DNA of 63,412 bases, the filler included, from Thraustochytrium aureum (Eukaryota): NCBI GenBank assembly GCA_012862495.1. It is 5 parts of 5 records of this genome, joined end to end, with 100 filler letters (N's around TTAATTAATTAA, not from the genome) between each part and the next. Parts side by side here need not be neighbours in the genome. Positions count along the whole stretch, not along the records: positions 1 to 14,609 come from BLSG01000391.1; 4 more parts are not named here. One strand, written 5' to 3'. Shown here in pieces: positions 1-11,194 of this stretch. Both the position numbers and the translations under genes were made by a program. The notes beneath the pieces were generated by a model that was given only the letters and a program-made list of their open reading frames with translations, had not been told where the DNA came from and did not search any database. Every line of letters begins with the position of its first letter. Position 1 is the first letter of the stretch.

Positions 1-445
1 AACGACGTTTGGCAGCTTGACACGACGACGTGGGTCTGGACAGAGCTTGTGCCGCTTGGCGTGACTCCGGCGGCGCGGTGCTGGCACATCGGTGCAGTCC
101 TCGGTTCGTCGCTTGTGTCGCTTGGCGGGACTGTGCTGGTGGACGCTGGGCATCATGGCGAGCGGCTTGCCGTCGTCGAGCCGCACGCGCACGCGTTGAG
201 TCTGGTCTAAGGACGGGCGGCCCTTGGGCGCGCACAACGAATCGGACAGCAAGGGCAGAGTTGTTGTTCACACAAGAGCTTCGATAGAGAGGCGAGCCAG
301 CGCGGGCCCGGCTCGGGGCTCGGAACCACAAGCGCACGCAGTGAATGCACCAACCAGCACCCTCCCCTTCTGGAGCAAGCGCTTTATTTTTGCTTTCTCG
401 AGACCAAAACGCTACTTTGCTTGTAATTTCTAAAACGGACCGCCG

Positions 446-1653
446 CTACTCGACCGCGCCGTCCACAACGCGGCGCGGCGCAGCTCGGCTTGACGGGGGC
501 TTGCGCGCCTTGAGCTTGTCCGCACGGATGCTGCCGTGCTTGAGAAAGTAAACGACCTCAACCGACAGCTGCATGCAGACCTGAAGAATCACAAAGATGC
601 CCCACAACATCGCAGCCGGGGTCGAGCTCGCCGCAGCCGCACTGTCACGCGCGCGCCGCGACCTGCGCTCGCGGGCGGCTACCTGTCGCTGGCGCAGCTT
701 GGCCTGGTAGCCCTCGTTGTGCGTCGCGAGCAGCTCCATCCACTGGTCCTTCATCTGGCTCGAGTCGGCTTGGAGGTACAATACGCGGCCGGTACGCGTC
801 CGCAAGCGAAATAGGTTGGCGCCGGGCGCCGCGGGCCCCAGGTCGGCCGGGCAGTCCTCGAGCTCCACCTGGTCCAAAATCACGATCGAGCTGGGCCGGC
901 TCGAGTCGAACGAGGGGAAAATGTAGAGTACGTTGTTGTCAACGAGCACCCAGCGGTTCTTCCATGTCACGTCAGTGGCCGAACGCACGCGGAGCCAGTC
1001 CTGGAAGATCGTCGTCTCGCTCGCGCCAAGCGACTCGACGCTGACAAGGTACTCGTGGCCGGCCATTGCGGACAGCGAGCCATCCAGACCAAAGTATTGG
1101 ATGGGGCTGCCCAGGTCGACCTCCTCCAGGGAGGATTCGTTTGAGCCGTTGATCTTTGTCTTGGGCCTCGCCTTTGACTTGGACCCGTTTGCCGCCTTGG
1201 GCGCAGGGGCTGCCGGCGCAGCCTCTTCTTCGCCGACTGGGAGGTCCTTGAAGGAGACCTTTTTCTCGGTGAGCTGCTTGTCGCCGAGTGAGCCCTGGCT
1301 GCCGCTCGAGCCGCTCGAGGCCGACGTCGGCGACTTGAGGCTGCTCCGGGGTGGCGAGTCGTGCTGGGCCAGCGCGGCCCCGTTGCTCGCTCGCTGGCTG
1401 GCGCGGGGCCCACTTCGCTCTCCGGCTGCTGCTCGCTGCTGGAAGCCGCTGAGGAGGTGCTGCCCGCGCTGTCGGCCGGTTCGGTGCGCGACGACGCGCT
1501 GTTCGCGGGCTTGTCTGTGCTTTGCTTGGCGGGCTCCGGTGAGGCAGGCGCAGTCGCGGTGGCCTTGGTGGCCTTGTCTGTGCTGCGCGAGCCAGAGAGC
1601 AGGCGCGAGAGCGAGCCCTTCTTTTTCTTTTTGCGCTTTTTCTTGCCGTTGGT
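446..1653 (-). CDS. PH-domain protein with C-terminal hydrophobic segment; 5' end lost in gap; predicted 50-bp intron 1364-1413
   Basis: WLRVRSATDVTWKNRWVLVDNNVLYIF...FRLRTRTGRVLYLQADSSQMKDQWMELL is a PH-fold pattern. The frame stays open upstream of 1066 to 1363. A GT..CAG intron joins it in phase to the Lys/Ser-rich upstream frame. Confidence 0.8.
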
Positions 1654-4061
1654 NNNNNNNNNNNNNNNNNNNNNNNNNNNNNNNNNNNNNNNNNNNNNNN
1701 NNNNNNNNNNNNNNNNNNNNNNNNNNNNNNNNNNNNNNNNNNNNNNNNNNNNNNNNNNNNNNNNNNNNNNNNNNNNNNNNNNNNNNNNNNNNNNNNNNNN
1801 NNNNNNNNNNNNNNNNNNNNNNNNNNNNNNNNNNNNNNNNNNNNNNNNNNNNNNNNNNNNNNNNNNNNNNNNNNNNNNNNNNNNNNNNNNNNNNNNNNNN
1901 NNNNNNNNNNNNNNNNNNNNNNNNNNNNNNNNNNNNNNNNNNNNNNNNNNNNNNNNNNNNNNNNNNNNNNNNNNNNGCGCGCTGTCGATGCGGGTCTGCT
2001 GCATCCCACGATCTGCTCCTCCCTCCTCTCTCTCTCTGCTACTCAATGCATGTACGCCCAAGGTGGCCAAGCCCACTTCGCCGGATATTCGTTTACACTC
2101 CCTGTATACCCCCGTTTGGAGATGTGCACTAGTAAGAGAGGAGGGGGGTTGTCGTTGGGGGGCAGCGAGGCAATGGGACGCGCGATCCGGGAGTGGAGGG
2201 TTTTGCGGCGCCGGTGCAACGGAGTGGGCCGCGGGCGTGGAGGAGAGTAAGGCGGGGAGGTGGCTGAGGACGTCAAGGCGGACGGTTTGTGGCGGCTGGC
2301 GGCGGATGCGCGTCATCACTCGGGGAGGAGGTGCCGTGTTTCTGCGAGTGTGGGCTGGTGTGCTGCGGTTGAGTGGGACCGGCGTTTCGGAGGTTTGATG
2401 GAGGTTTCCTCGACGGAGTCATGGGTTTCCATTCTGGTCCTCCCGAGTCAGCGATCAACGGGCTGTGGCTGGCCATGACGTTCTCTTCTGGGACATGACT
2501 GCATACATACTTGCCTGCTGGTCGGCGGGTAAGTACTCGAGAACGCGCCAAGTGGGGTACTCTACTCGATCGCGAGTACGGTATGCCTCTGGCGGCATGC
2601 GTGATGCCCCTGATAGCCTGCGAGTGCGCGCGAGAACTGCGCGATGCGGTTGGTAGGCACTCGCGTGCTGTGCCTTCGGCTTTGGTGCGGCGTGCTTTGC
2701 TCGCGCGACCTCCAAAGGGCGGCGAAGGCATGGCGAAGTGGCCTTTAGGAGGCGTCGCGTTGTTCCCGAGGGCAAGCAAGCGTCAGCGTCCTCGAGATCA
2801 CGTGCCCACACGCTGGCAACTTCAACCAAGCTCTATTGACGCCCCTTGCTCGGTACGAACCTTCTCCAAAGCACGCTTTTGTACCGAGCAGAGGTTGCAA
2901 ACGGCTTCGCGAGGAGCCGCACGCGGGTGAAGAGGCTACGCCTCAACACGGTGCGAGTCTGCCCGGACTGGACTCGCTTAACCGGAACACGCCGCAATCG
3001 TCGGCGTTTGTGGAAGACACCCCCTTCCGACGAGGTATGCACAGTGTAGCGGACAATCCTGTGGCCTGTTGTGATGCGACGTGGAGCGAGCTTGCGCTCG
3101 AAGGTGCACAGGTCGCAGAGCATGTCGCGTGGACGAGGAAGTCCTTGGCTCCGATCCCTTTTCGCGACGCGGTTGTTCGCTGCCGCGAAACGGGTTGTCA
3201 GTGGCCGGCTTTTGTCCACCGGGTTGGTGGCCAGACCTCGAGGTCTATAGCTAGCTAGCGACCAGCTTCGAAGTGCGGCCTCGGGTTCCCTCCCGTTTCG
3301 CGTCGAGCTAAAATCGGCCGCCGAACTCGCGTGGTTCATCAACCGAGCCCGGGGCGTCGACCAACGTCAGCTTGCTCCCGTCACCCGAGCTCGGGGCGAA
3401 TCGCGGGCCTTTGCCCCTGCTGGCGAGCTCACCCAAAACCACACGCCGGCGGTGACGCCGCACAAAAAGCGCCGCGCTTCATCCCGCCCGGCAAGAGCTG
3501 AACTGAACTGCGCGCAACTGGCAACTGAGCAACTGAGCAACTGAGCGAGCGCCTGTTCGTTCGTCCACAAGCGCGGGCCTGCTGGAGCCTCCTGCCTGGC
3601 CTATCCATGTAAAAGTAAGTGGTTGCAGTGACAGGTTGGCTGGCGCACATGCATTCAGCAGCCTCCTGCCACAGCTCCCGAACCGAAGCACCTGACAGGA
3701 CTTGTGGAGACGCACCATCAATCAACCAACTGCCGAGCCTTCGTTTTGTTGCTTGATGATCCATCGCGTCCGTGGAGTTCGGCTGTCCGCCACAGTCAGC
3801 GCTACTCGCATCGCTCTCCTTCCTTGCCCTGTGGTTTAAAGCACGCGCGTTCGCTAGGTCACGCAGCAAACGCTCTAATTAGGCCTTGCGATAGCCTTTG
3901 GACGCGCTCTTTAAGAAATGGATTGTGGAAAAAAGATCTGGAAAAGCGTGGGTGGCCGGAGGCGACTCAAGGTGGCTCGAAACTCTCATTGTACCTTAGT
4001 AAAGTGGTTCCCGCTCTCGTTCTCAGGTAGGGATCCACCGAAGTGCGATCAGGAGCCCACG

Positions 4062-4212
4062 GCAGCAGCAGCAGCAGCAGCAGCAGCAGACCCTCATCGT
4101 CATCGGCGCAAGGCAGCAGTGAGTGGTGCTTGCGTGCGTGCGTGCGTGCGTGCGTGTGTGCGTGCGAGGACGGGCAGGCAGGCAGGCAGGCAGGCAAGCA
4201 GGCGAGCGTGCA
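4062..4212. repeat. Compound microsatellite (CAG)n, (GCGT)n, (GGCA)n abutting a gap
   Basis: Directly visible tandem repeats. Confidence 0.9.
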
Positions 4213-4722
4213 NNNNNNNNNNNNNNNNNNNNNNNNNNNNNNNNNNNNNNNNNNNNNNNNNNNNNNNNNNNNNNNNNNNNNNNNNNNNNNNNNNNNNNNN
4301 NNNNNNNNNNNNNNNNNNNNNNNNNNNNNNNNNNNNNNNNNNNNNNNNNNNNNNNNNNNNNNNNNNNNNNNNNNNNNNNNNNNNNNNNNNNNNNNNNNNN
4401 NNNNNNNNNNNNNNNNNNNNNNNNNNNNNNNNNNNNNNNNNNNNNNNNNNNNNNNNNNNNNNNNNNNNNNNNNNNNNNNNNNNNNNNNNNNNNNNNNNNN
4501 NNNNNNNNNNNNNNNNNNNNNNNNNNNNNNNNNNNNNNNNNNNNNNNNNNNNNNNNNNNNNNNNNNNNNNNNNNNNNNNNNNNNNNNNNNNNNNNNNNNN
4601 NNNNNNNNNNNNNNNNNNNNNNNNNNNNNNNNNNNNNNNNNNNNNNNNNNNNNNNNNNNNNNNNNNNNNNNNNNNNNNNNNNNNNNNNNNNNNNNNNNNN
4701 NNNNNNNNNNNNNNNNNNNNNN

Positions 4723-5841
4723 AGGACCGGGTTTTTTGAGCGCCTGCCCAACCTTGAGACTCTGTCCATTGGCTCCTCCACGTGGTCGCAAACAGCAACC
4801 GTGGACGCCGGTCGCAATATCCGGGACATTGCAATTTGCAACGGCCTGCTTGTCGTCGGGAAATTTGCGACAGTCCAGCTTTTTGAGCGAAATTCTCGTG
4901 GCTGGGCCAAAGGTAAGACGAACGAGATCGTTTTTTACTGAAAATTGCGACGGAATTCGGGAGTATAGTGGCAGCAGGCCCAAACCACGTCGCTGTTGGC
5001 GACCCGCTTCACAACAAGGTGTATGTTTACAGCCGCGACTTTGTGCAGAATTCGAAAGGAGTGGTCACCTCAAACAGAGCAGCCCAAGAAATTCGGGGTG
5101 AACCCGGTTTTGACATGTCGCTGTCTATGGACGACGAACTTTTGGTGGTCAGCTTTGCCAGTGAGAAGTCCGCTGACGTTACAGAGATATACGAGTTTGT
5201 CGGAGGGCGTTGGACTTCGGTTTCCCTTTTACGGCTCCAGACAAGAGGTTTGGATCCTACATCCTGGAAGGTTGACGTCGCCGGAGACGTTTTGCTTGCT
5301 CGATCAACTGAAACGCTCGATGTCTCCAAGAGATTCTTCCTAAGCCCTGGCGCGGAGCCAAAGGTTCTGGTGTTTCAACGCACAAAGAGCGAAAGATGGG
5401 ACCCACAACCCATCGTTGAGCTTACTCAAAAGAAACCCTTCTCCTCGGCGGGAATAGCCGGCACGGCGATCCTCACGTCTACCGAGCACCCACCAGACTT
5501 TCCTCCCGAGGTTCGCAATGTTTTGAACTTGCACAGGATCCAAGATGATGGAGCCACGCCCATAATTGCCAGAACCCTGTTCACAGAGAGTAGCTCCCGC
5601 GTCGTGGTGGCCCAGGGCAAAGGCACAATCGTGTACTGCGTCGACAGTACCTGCTTCCCGGTGCTTACTGATGAAGGCATAGAGACGTCAAAGCCAACGA
5701 ACTCCTCAACAGAGCGGCCAACAGGACAACCCACCAAAGTACCAACAACGAGACCAACGTCAGCTCCAACGAGTGGTCCCACAGGACAACCCACCAAAGT
5801 ACCAACAACGAGGCCAACGTCAGCTCCAACGCGTGGTCCCA
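4723..5841 (+). CDS. FG-GAP/beta-propeller-like extracellular region followed by PT (Pro/Thr) repeat stalk; partial; frameshift at T-run 4931-4936
   Basis: EFGSIVAAGPNHVAVGDPLHNKVYVY and related blade-like repeats; PTGQPTKVPTTRPTSAPTSG repeats. Confidence 0.65.
5718..5841 (+). repeat. 60-bp coding tandem repeat (PT-repeat), runs into gap
   Basis: ccAACAGGACAACCCACCAAAGTACCAACAACGAG...CAGCTCCAACG occurs twice. Confidence 0.9.
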
Positions 5842-6670
5842 NNNNNNNNNNNNNNNNNNNNNNNNNNNNNNNNNNNNNNNNNNNNNNNNNNNNNNNNNNN
5901 NNNNNNNNNNNNNNNNNNNNNNNNNNNNNNNNNNNNNNNNNNNNNNNNNNNNNNNNNNNNNNNNNNNNNNNNNNNNNNNNNNNNNNNNNNNNNNNNNNNN
6001 NNNNNNNNNNNNNNNNNNNNNNNNNNNNNNNNNNNNNNNNNNNNNNNNNNNNNNNNNNNNNNNNNNNNNNNNNNNNNNNNNNNNNNNNNNNNNNNNNNNN
6101 NNNNNNNNNNNNNNNNNNNNNNNNNNNNNNNNNNNNNNNNNNNNNNNNNNNNNNNNNNNNNNNNNNNNNNNNNNNNNNNNNNNNNNNNNNNNNNNNNNNN
6201 NNNNNNNNNNNNNNNNNNNNNNNNNNNNNNNNNNNNNNNNNNNNNNNNNNNNNNNNNNNNNNNNNNNNNNNNNNNNNNNNNNNNNNNNNNNNNNNNNNNN
6301 NNNNNNNNNNNNNNNNNNNNNNNNNNNNNNNNNNNNNNNNNNNNNNNNNNNNNNNNNNNNNNNNNNNNNNNNNNNNNNNNNNNNNNNNNNNNNNNNNNNN
6401 NNNNNNNNNNNNNNNNNNNNNNNNNNNNNNNNNNNNNNNNNNNNNNNNNNNNNNNNNNNNNNNNNNNNNNNNNNNNNNNNNNNNNNNNNNNNNNNNNNNN
6501 NNNNNNNNNNNNNNNNNNNNNNNNNNNNNNNNNNNNNNNNNNNNNNNNNNNNNNNNNNNNNNNNNNNNNNNNNNNNNNNNNNNNNNNNNNNNNNNNNNNN
6601 NNNNNNNNNNNNNNNNNNNNNNNNNNNNNNNNNNNNNNNNNNNNNNNNNNNNNNNNNNNNNNNNNNNNNN

Positions 6671-8012
6671 GCATGCCATCGCCGGTTGCAAGAGCGCCGG
6701 ACTTCACGCGGAGATCTACGCCGCCACGGCCGCGCGCCGCCAGGAAAACGCCATCTATATATTGGTCTGCAAGATCAACGCAACGCTCGACTGCTGCGAG
6801 GACGCGTCGAACGACAGACTCACCAGCTCGTTAAAAGGCGATGCGTCTCGGCTGGACGCGCACACCATCGACATAGCCTGCGCTCGCCACGTCGCGCGAA
6901 TCTTGGCCGATTACGAAAGCCGCGACGAGAGCAGCACAGGTCAGATTGACATTTGTGTGGACAGCGAGGTGCCCCACAGAACGTCAGTAGCAAAGATAGT
7001 CTACAATGCAAGGCTCGAGCAGAGTGCGCGCGCTCGTGTCGTCGTTGCGGACTTTGAGCGCGCTGACCCCGACGAGCTCTGCAGCGCGCTCGATGACCTG
7101 GCGGCGTCTTCAACACTCCAACTGACCAGGGACCGCGCCGACGTCAAATTGGAAGACCTTCAGCTCGGCAGGCTGCTCGGACAAGGAGGCTTTGGTGTTG
7201 TCGTCCAGGCCACATGGCATGGTGCAGACGTCGCGGTCAAGCTGATCGACGAGGCGGGGGCCGCGTCGCTCTCTGCCAACGCCGTGCTCGAGTTCGCTGG
7301 CGAGCTCGAGCGCTGGCGCCGCCTGCGCCATGTCAACCTCGTGCGCCTCCTTGGGCACATGTTTGACCAGGACAAGGGCCAGTTCGGGTTCGTCATGGAG
7401 CGCTGCGACCGCTCGCTGAGCGATATGTTGTACAGGAGCCAGGCCCCGATCGACCTGGCTGCGCTGGGGCGCATTGCAACCGGCGTCGCGCGGGGCCTTG
7501 CCCATCTCCACAGCAAAGGCATCGTGCACCGTGACATCAAACCGCAGAACGTGCTTCTCTCGAATGGCATTATGGAGGTCAAGCTCTGCGACTTTGGGAT
7601 GAGCGTGTCCAAGGGCGAGACGCAAACGCGGACGTTGATGGAGCGGCAAGGCGGGACCCCAGCCTATACCGCCCCCGAGCTGTGCGCGGCGACCCCGCTT
7701 GTCAGCTTCAAGAGCGACGTTTTCTCGCTGGGCATCCTGCTCGGCGAGGTGGTCGAGCGCCAGCGGCCGTTCCAGAGCGTGCCTCTGTCTTCCGTGCCCG
7801 GAGCGATAAAGTGCGGCGAGCGACCGCCTCTGACGCGGCCCTCTGCCGTCTTTCCAGACTGGGTGTTCTCCGTCATCGAGTCGTGCTGGGACAGCAACCG
7901 CTCTGCGCGTCCAGCCGCCAGCGAGGTGGCCGTCCTGTTCGAGTCCAAGCTGCCTGTCGAGGACACGCTGTTCGCCCCAAGAGCGGCGCCCAGCGTGGTG
8001 ATCAACACGTAG
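6671..8012 (+). CDS. Tyrosine-kinase-like (TKL) Ser/Thr protein kinase, 5' partial
   Basis: LGQGGFG, VAVK, HRDIKPQN, DFG, GTPAYTAPE, SDVFSLG, CW..RP motifs. Confidence 0.93.
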
Positions 8013-9588
8013 CAGAGCCGCTCCGCGCTGTCCATGCAGCCCGGGAGCGCTCTGAGCAGCAACTGGTCTGCTGCGGCAACGCAAGGCCAGCAAAATTTAC
8101 CAAAGCAAACTACTCTAGCTGTAGAGCTGCTGCTTTATCAATCGCTGGATTCGCGCCGCCGTCGTGGCAGCCGCTCGAGGCCTTGCCTCGTCAGGTTTTG
8201 GAGAGCGCCGCGCGACCATGGTGGTCCCCAGTTGTCGGTGTTCGACCGCAAAGCTCGACCANNNNNNNNNNNNNNNNNNNNNNNNNNNNNNNNNNNNNNN
8301 NNNNNNNNNNNNNNNNNNNNNNNNNNNNNNNNNNNNNNNNNNNNNNNNNNNNNNNNNNNNNNNNNNNNNNNNNNNNNNNNNNNNNNNNNNNNNNNNNNNN
8401 NNNNNNNNNNNNNNNNNNNNNNNNNNNNNNNNNNNNNNNNNNNNNNNNNNNNNNNNNNNNNNNNNNNNNNNNNNNNNNNNNNNNNNNNNNNNNNNNNNNN
8501 NNNNNNNNNNNNNNNNNNNNNNNNNNNNNNNNNNNNNNNNNNNNNNNNNNNNNNNNNNNNNNNNNNNNNNNNNNNNNNNNNNNNNNNNNNNNNNNNNNNN
8601 NNNNNNNNNNNNNNNNNNNNNNNNNNNNNNNNNNNNNNNNNNNNNNNNNNNNNNNNNNNNNNNNNNNNNNNNNNNNNNNNNNNNNNNNNNNNNNNNNNNN
8701 NNNNNNNNNNNNNNNNNNNNNNNNNNNNNNNNNNNNNNNNNNNNNNNNNNNNNNNNNNNNNNNNNNNNNNNNNNNNNNNNNNNNNNNNNNNNNNNNNNNN
8801 NNNNNNNNNNNNNNNNNNNNNNNNNNNNNNNNNNNNNNNNNNNNNNNNNNNNNNNNNNNNNNNNNNNNNNNNNNNNNNNNNNNNNNNNNNNNNNNNNNNN
8901 NNNNNNNNNNNNNNNNNNNNNNNNNNNNNNNNNNNNNNNNNNNNNNNNNNNNNNNNNNNNNNNNNNNNNNNNNNNNNNNNNNNNNNNNNNNNNNNNNNNN
9001 NNNNNNNNNNNNNNNNNNNNNNNNNNNNNNNNAATTGCTATTTGAACCCTGTTTGGGCAACCTCAACCATGACCAGCTGATTGCGAAACGTGCTTTCCCA
9101 GGCTGGTGTTGATTGTGGCCAAACGAGTCTGCGCTTCCTGCACGATCCACGTGGTGGGTTGGCTTCGTTCACAAACTAGAGAGCCACTTATCCTGTCCCG
9201 GCCCGCTCCCTCGGCAGCGTCAACGAGGACGAGAGCAAGCCAGCGCGGCTTCCTTCGGCACGCCATTGCATCTGGCTGCGTCGCCGGCTGCTGCCGTGGG
9301 TGCGCAACGGCCGGGTTGGCTTGGGGTGGCTTTCCTGGCCGGTACTCCCTTACTGTATGTAGAGTACGAGTGCGCACGTCCGAGTGCGCACGTGTTCTGC
9401 AGAGTAACAGGTGAAAAAGTGAAACCTGTCCGTGCGCACTTTGGCAGACGCCCAATCCACCCCGAAGACCGCGGGACGCTGCGAAGCGAAGACCGGCGCC
9501 AGTCTGTTGCTTTCGCGACCGCCCGGCTTCGGGCAGGCTTTGGCTTGAGCCCATTGATCGAGACGCGGCGCGCAGGTCGGCGGCGACG

Positions 9589-10977
9589 ATGGACGAGGTC
9601 GGGCACAACCTCGACGTGCCGCCGCTTGACGAGGCCCACGCCGACGCGCGCGAGGTCGAGGCCAAGCTCGCAAGCGCGGCTAACGAGCTCGCGAGGCAGT
9701 GCGAGATACGGGTCACGTCTGGGAGGAAGCTTGTGGCTCAGGTGCAGCTGGCCCAGGGCAACGTGTTGTCCTCGCTTACGATGCTCGCTATTCTCGGCCT
9801 GCTCTCGGAGGCGCTCTTGCTGGCCAGAGCCGCGTCAACATGGCTTGCAAGTGCCGCTGTTGCTACACTGTGCGCCTTTGCATTGTGGCAAAGTCTACGC
9901 CAGAGCTGCAAACTCGCTCCAGCGCCAGCTTTGCCGTCGGAACGCAACCTCTCGAAATCGCCCCAGCCCCCCCAAGACGCAAGACCTAGCTTGCGAGACG
10001 ACAGACTGGATCGCTTAAAGAGCTCGGAGAGCGCCTCAACGGTGAGCTCGGGTCCGGGCAGCGTGTCCTCGAGCGGCGGCTCTTTCACTGCGACAAACGC
10101 GGCCGGCACGGGCTCGCTGGGGCCTTCCGACCCGGTGGCGCTCGACGGCGTCGTGATCAAGACCGAGAAGGAAGCGGAGGCAGTCCAGGGGCTTCGGTTG
10201 CGGCTCCGCGATCTGCAAGACGAGTGCGTGCACAAACCGTTGGACTTCTCCGCAGCAACCATGGTGCGGTTTGCGAGGGCACGAAAGCTCGACCTGGACG
10301 CTGCTGAGGAGCTCTTTCGGGGCGCGGTAGAGTGGCGCCGGAAAATGCGGCCTCGCGAGGTCTGGGCACAGGTAGAGGCGCACAAGCCGGAGATTTTCGA
10401 GTACACGACCGGCGGATGGCTGCCCCAGGGCGATCTAGAAGGCTCTGTAGTATTTGTCGACCGCATCGGCCGGCTTGACGTCGCAGGCATGGTGTCCAAG
10501 ATCCGACAGCAGGACTTGGAGCGGCTCGTGACCTGGCGCCAGGAGACGAACGCGCGATTGATGCTGCAAGCCGAGAAGGCCTCGGGAAGGCCCCAGTTCC
10601 AGGTGCTTGTGATTCAGGACCTGGCCGGGCTCTCCATGAAGCATCTGCACCGTGAGGGCCTCAAGCTCTTGCAGAGCGCGGCGTACATCGACGACAGTAT
10701 GTATCCCGAGAGCCTCAAAATGTGCATTGTAGTGAACGCCCCGCGCGTGTTCTCGCTGGTCTGGAACGTCGTCAAGCACTTTTTCGACGCCAACACGAGG
10801 GCCAAGGTGCACATTCACAGTGGGCCAGCAACCGCGACGCTCCTCAAGCACGTCGCGAGAGAAAACTTGCCAGTATTCCTCGGAGGCGACCTGGCCGTGG
10901 AGGGCGACCCAGAGTGTCGGTCGATCATCAAGGCTGGCGGCAAGATTCCGTCGTCCGTGCAGAGTCTGCGCGACTGA
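9589..10977 (+). CDS. Sec14/CRAL-TRIO lipid-transfer protein with N-terminal transmembrane segments
   Basis: MVRFARARKLD..AEELF..AVEWR, DRIGRLD, IQDLAGLS, YPESLKMCIVVNAPRVF..VW, LPVFLGG. Confidence 0.92.
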   Translation: MDEVGHNLDVPPLDEAHADAREVEAKLASAANELARQCEIRVTSGRKLVAQVQLAQGNVLSSLTMLAILGLLSEALLLARAASTWLASAAVATLCAFALWQSLRQSCKLAPAPALPSERNLSKSPQPPQDARPSLRDDRLDRLKSSESASTVSSGPGSVSSSGGSFTATNAAGTGSLGPSDPVALDGVVIKTEKEAEAVQGLRLRLRDLQDECVHKPLDFSAATMVRFARARKLDLDAAEELFRGAVEWRRKMRPREVWAQVEAHKPEIFEYTTGGWLPQGDLEGSVVFVDRIGRLDVAGMVSKIRQQDLERLVTWRQETNARLMLQAEKASGRPQFQVLVIQDLAGLSMKHLHREGLKLLQSAAYIDDSMYPESLKMCIVVNAPRVFSLVWNVVKHFFDANTRAKVHIHSGPATATLLKHVARENLPVFLGGDLAVEGDPECRSIIKAGGKIPSSVQSLRD

Positions 10978-11194
10978 TCTGATGGCTTGCACGTAGGTAT
11001 ATTTATCCAAGTTGGCCAAAAGGTTGTCTGGGCAGCGGGGAAGCGGACGGGCGCGTGCAACTCAGTGGGGGCTCGCTTCGGTTGTAAAAAAGTGCGGAAT
11101 TGGTTTCGCTTGCCCTATCCTCTTCCCTCCACGGCAGGTAAATGCGTGTCGGCATGGGCGCAGCCCTGGCGCGGACGCAAAGAGCAGGCAGGCG

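Noticed and set aside
4913..4968. GTAAGA...TAG intron in the FG-GAP gene
   Set aside because: Splicing would delete the EFGSIVA motif; one missing T in the T-run explains the break more simply
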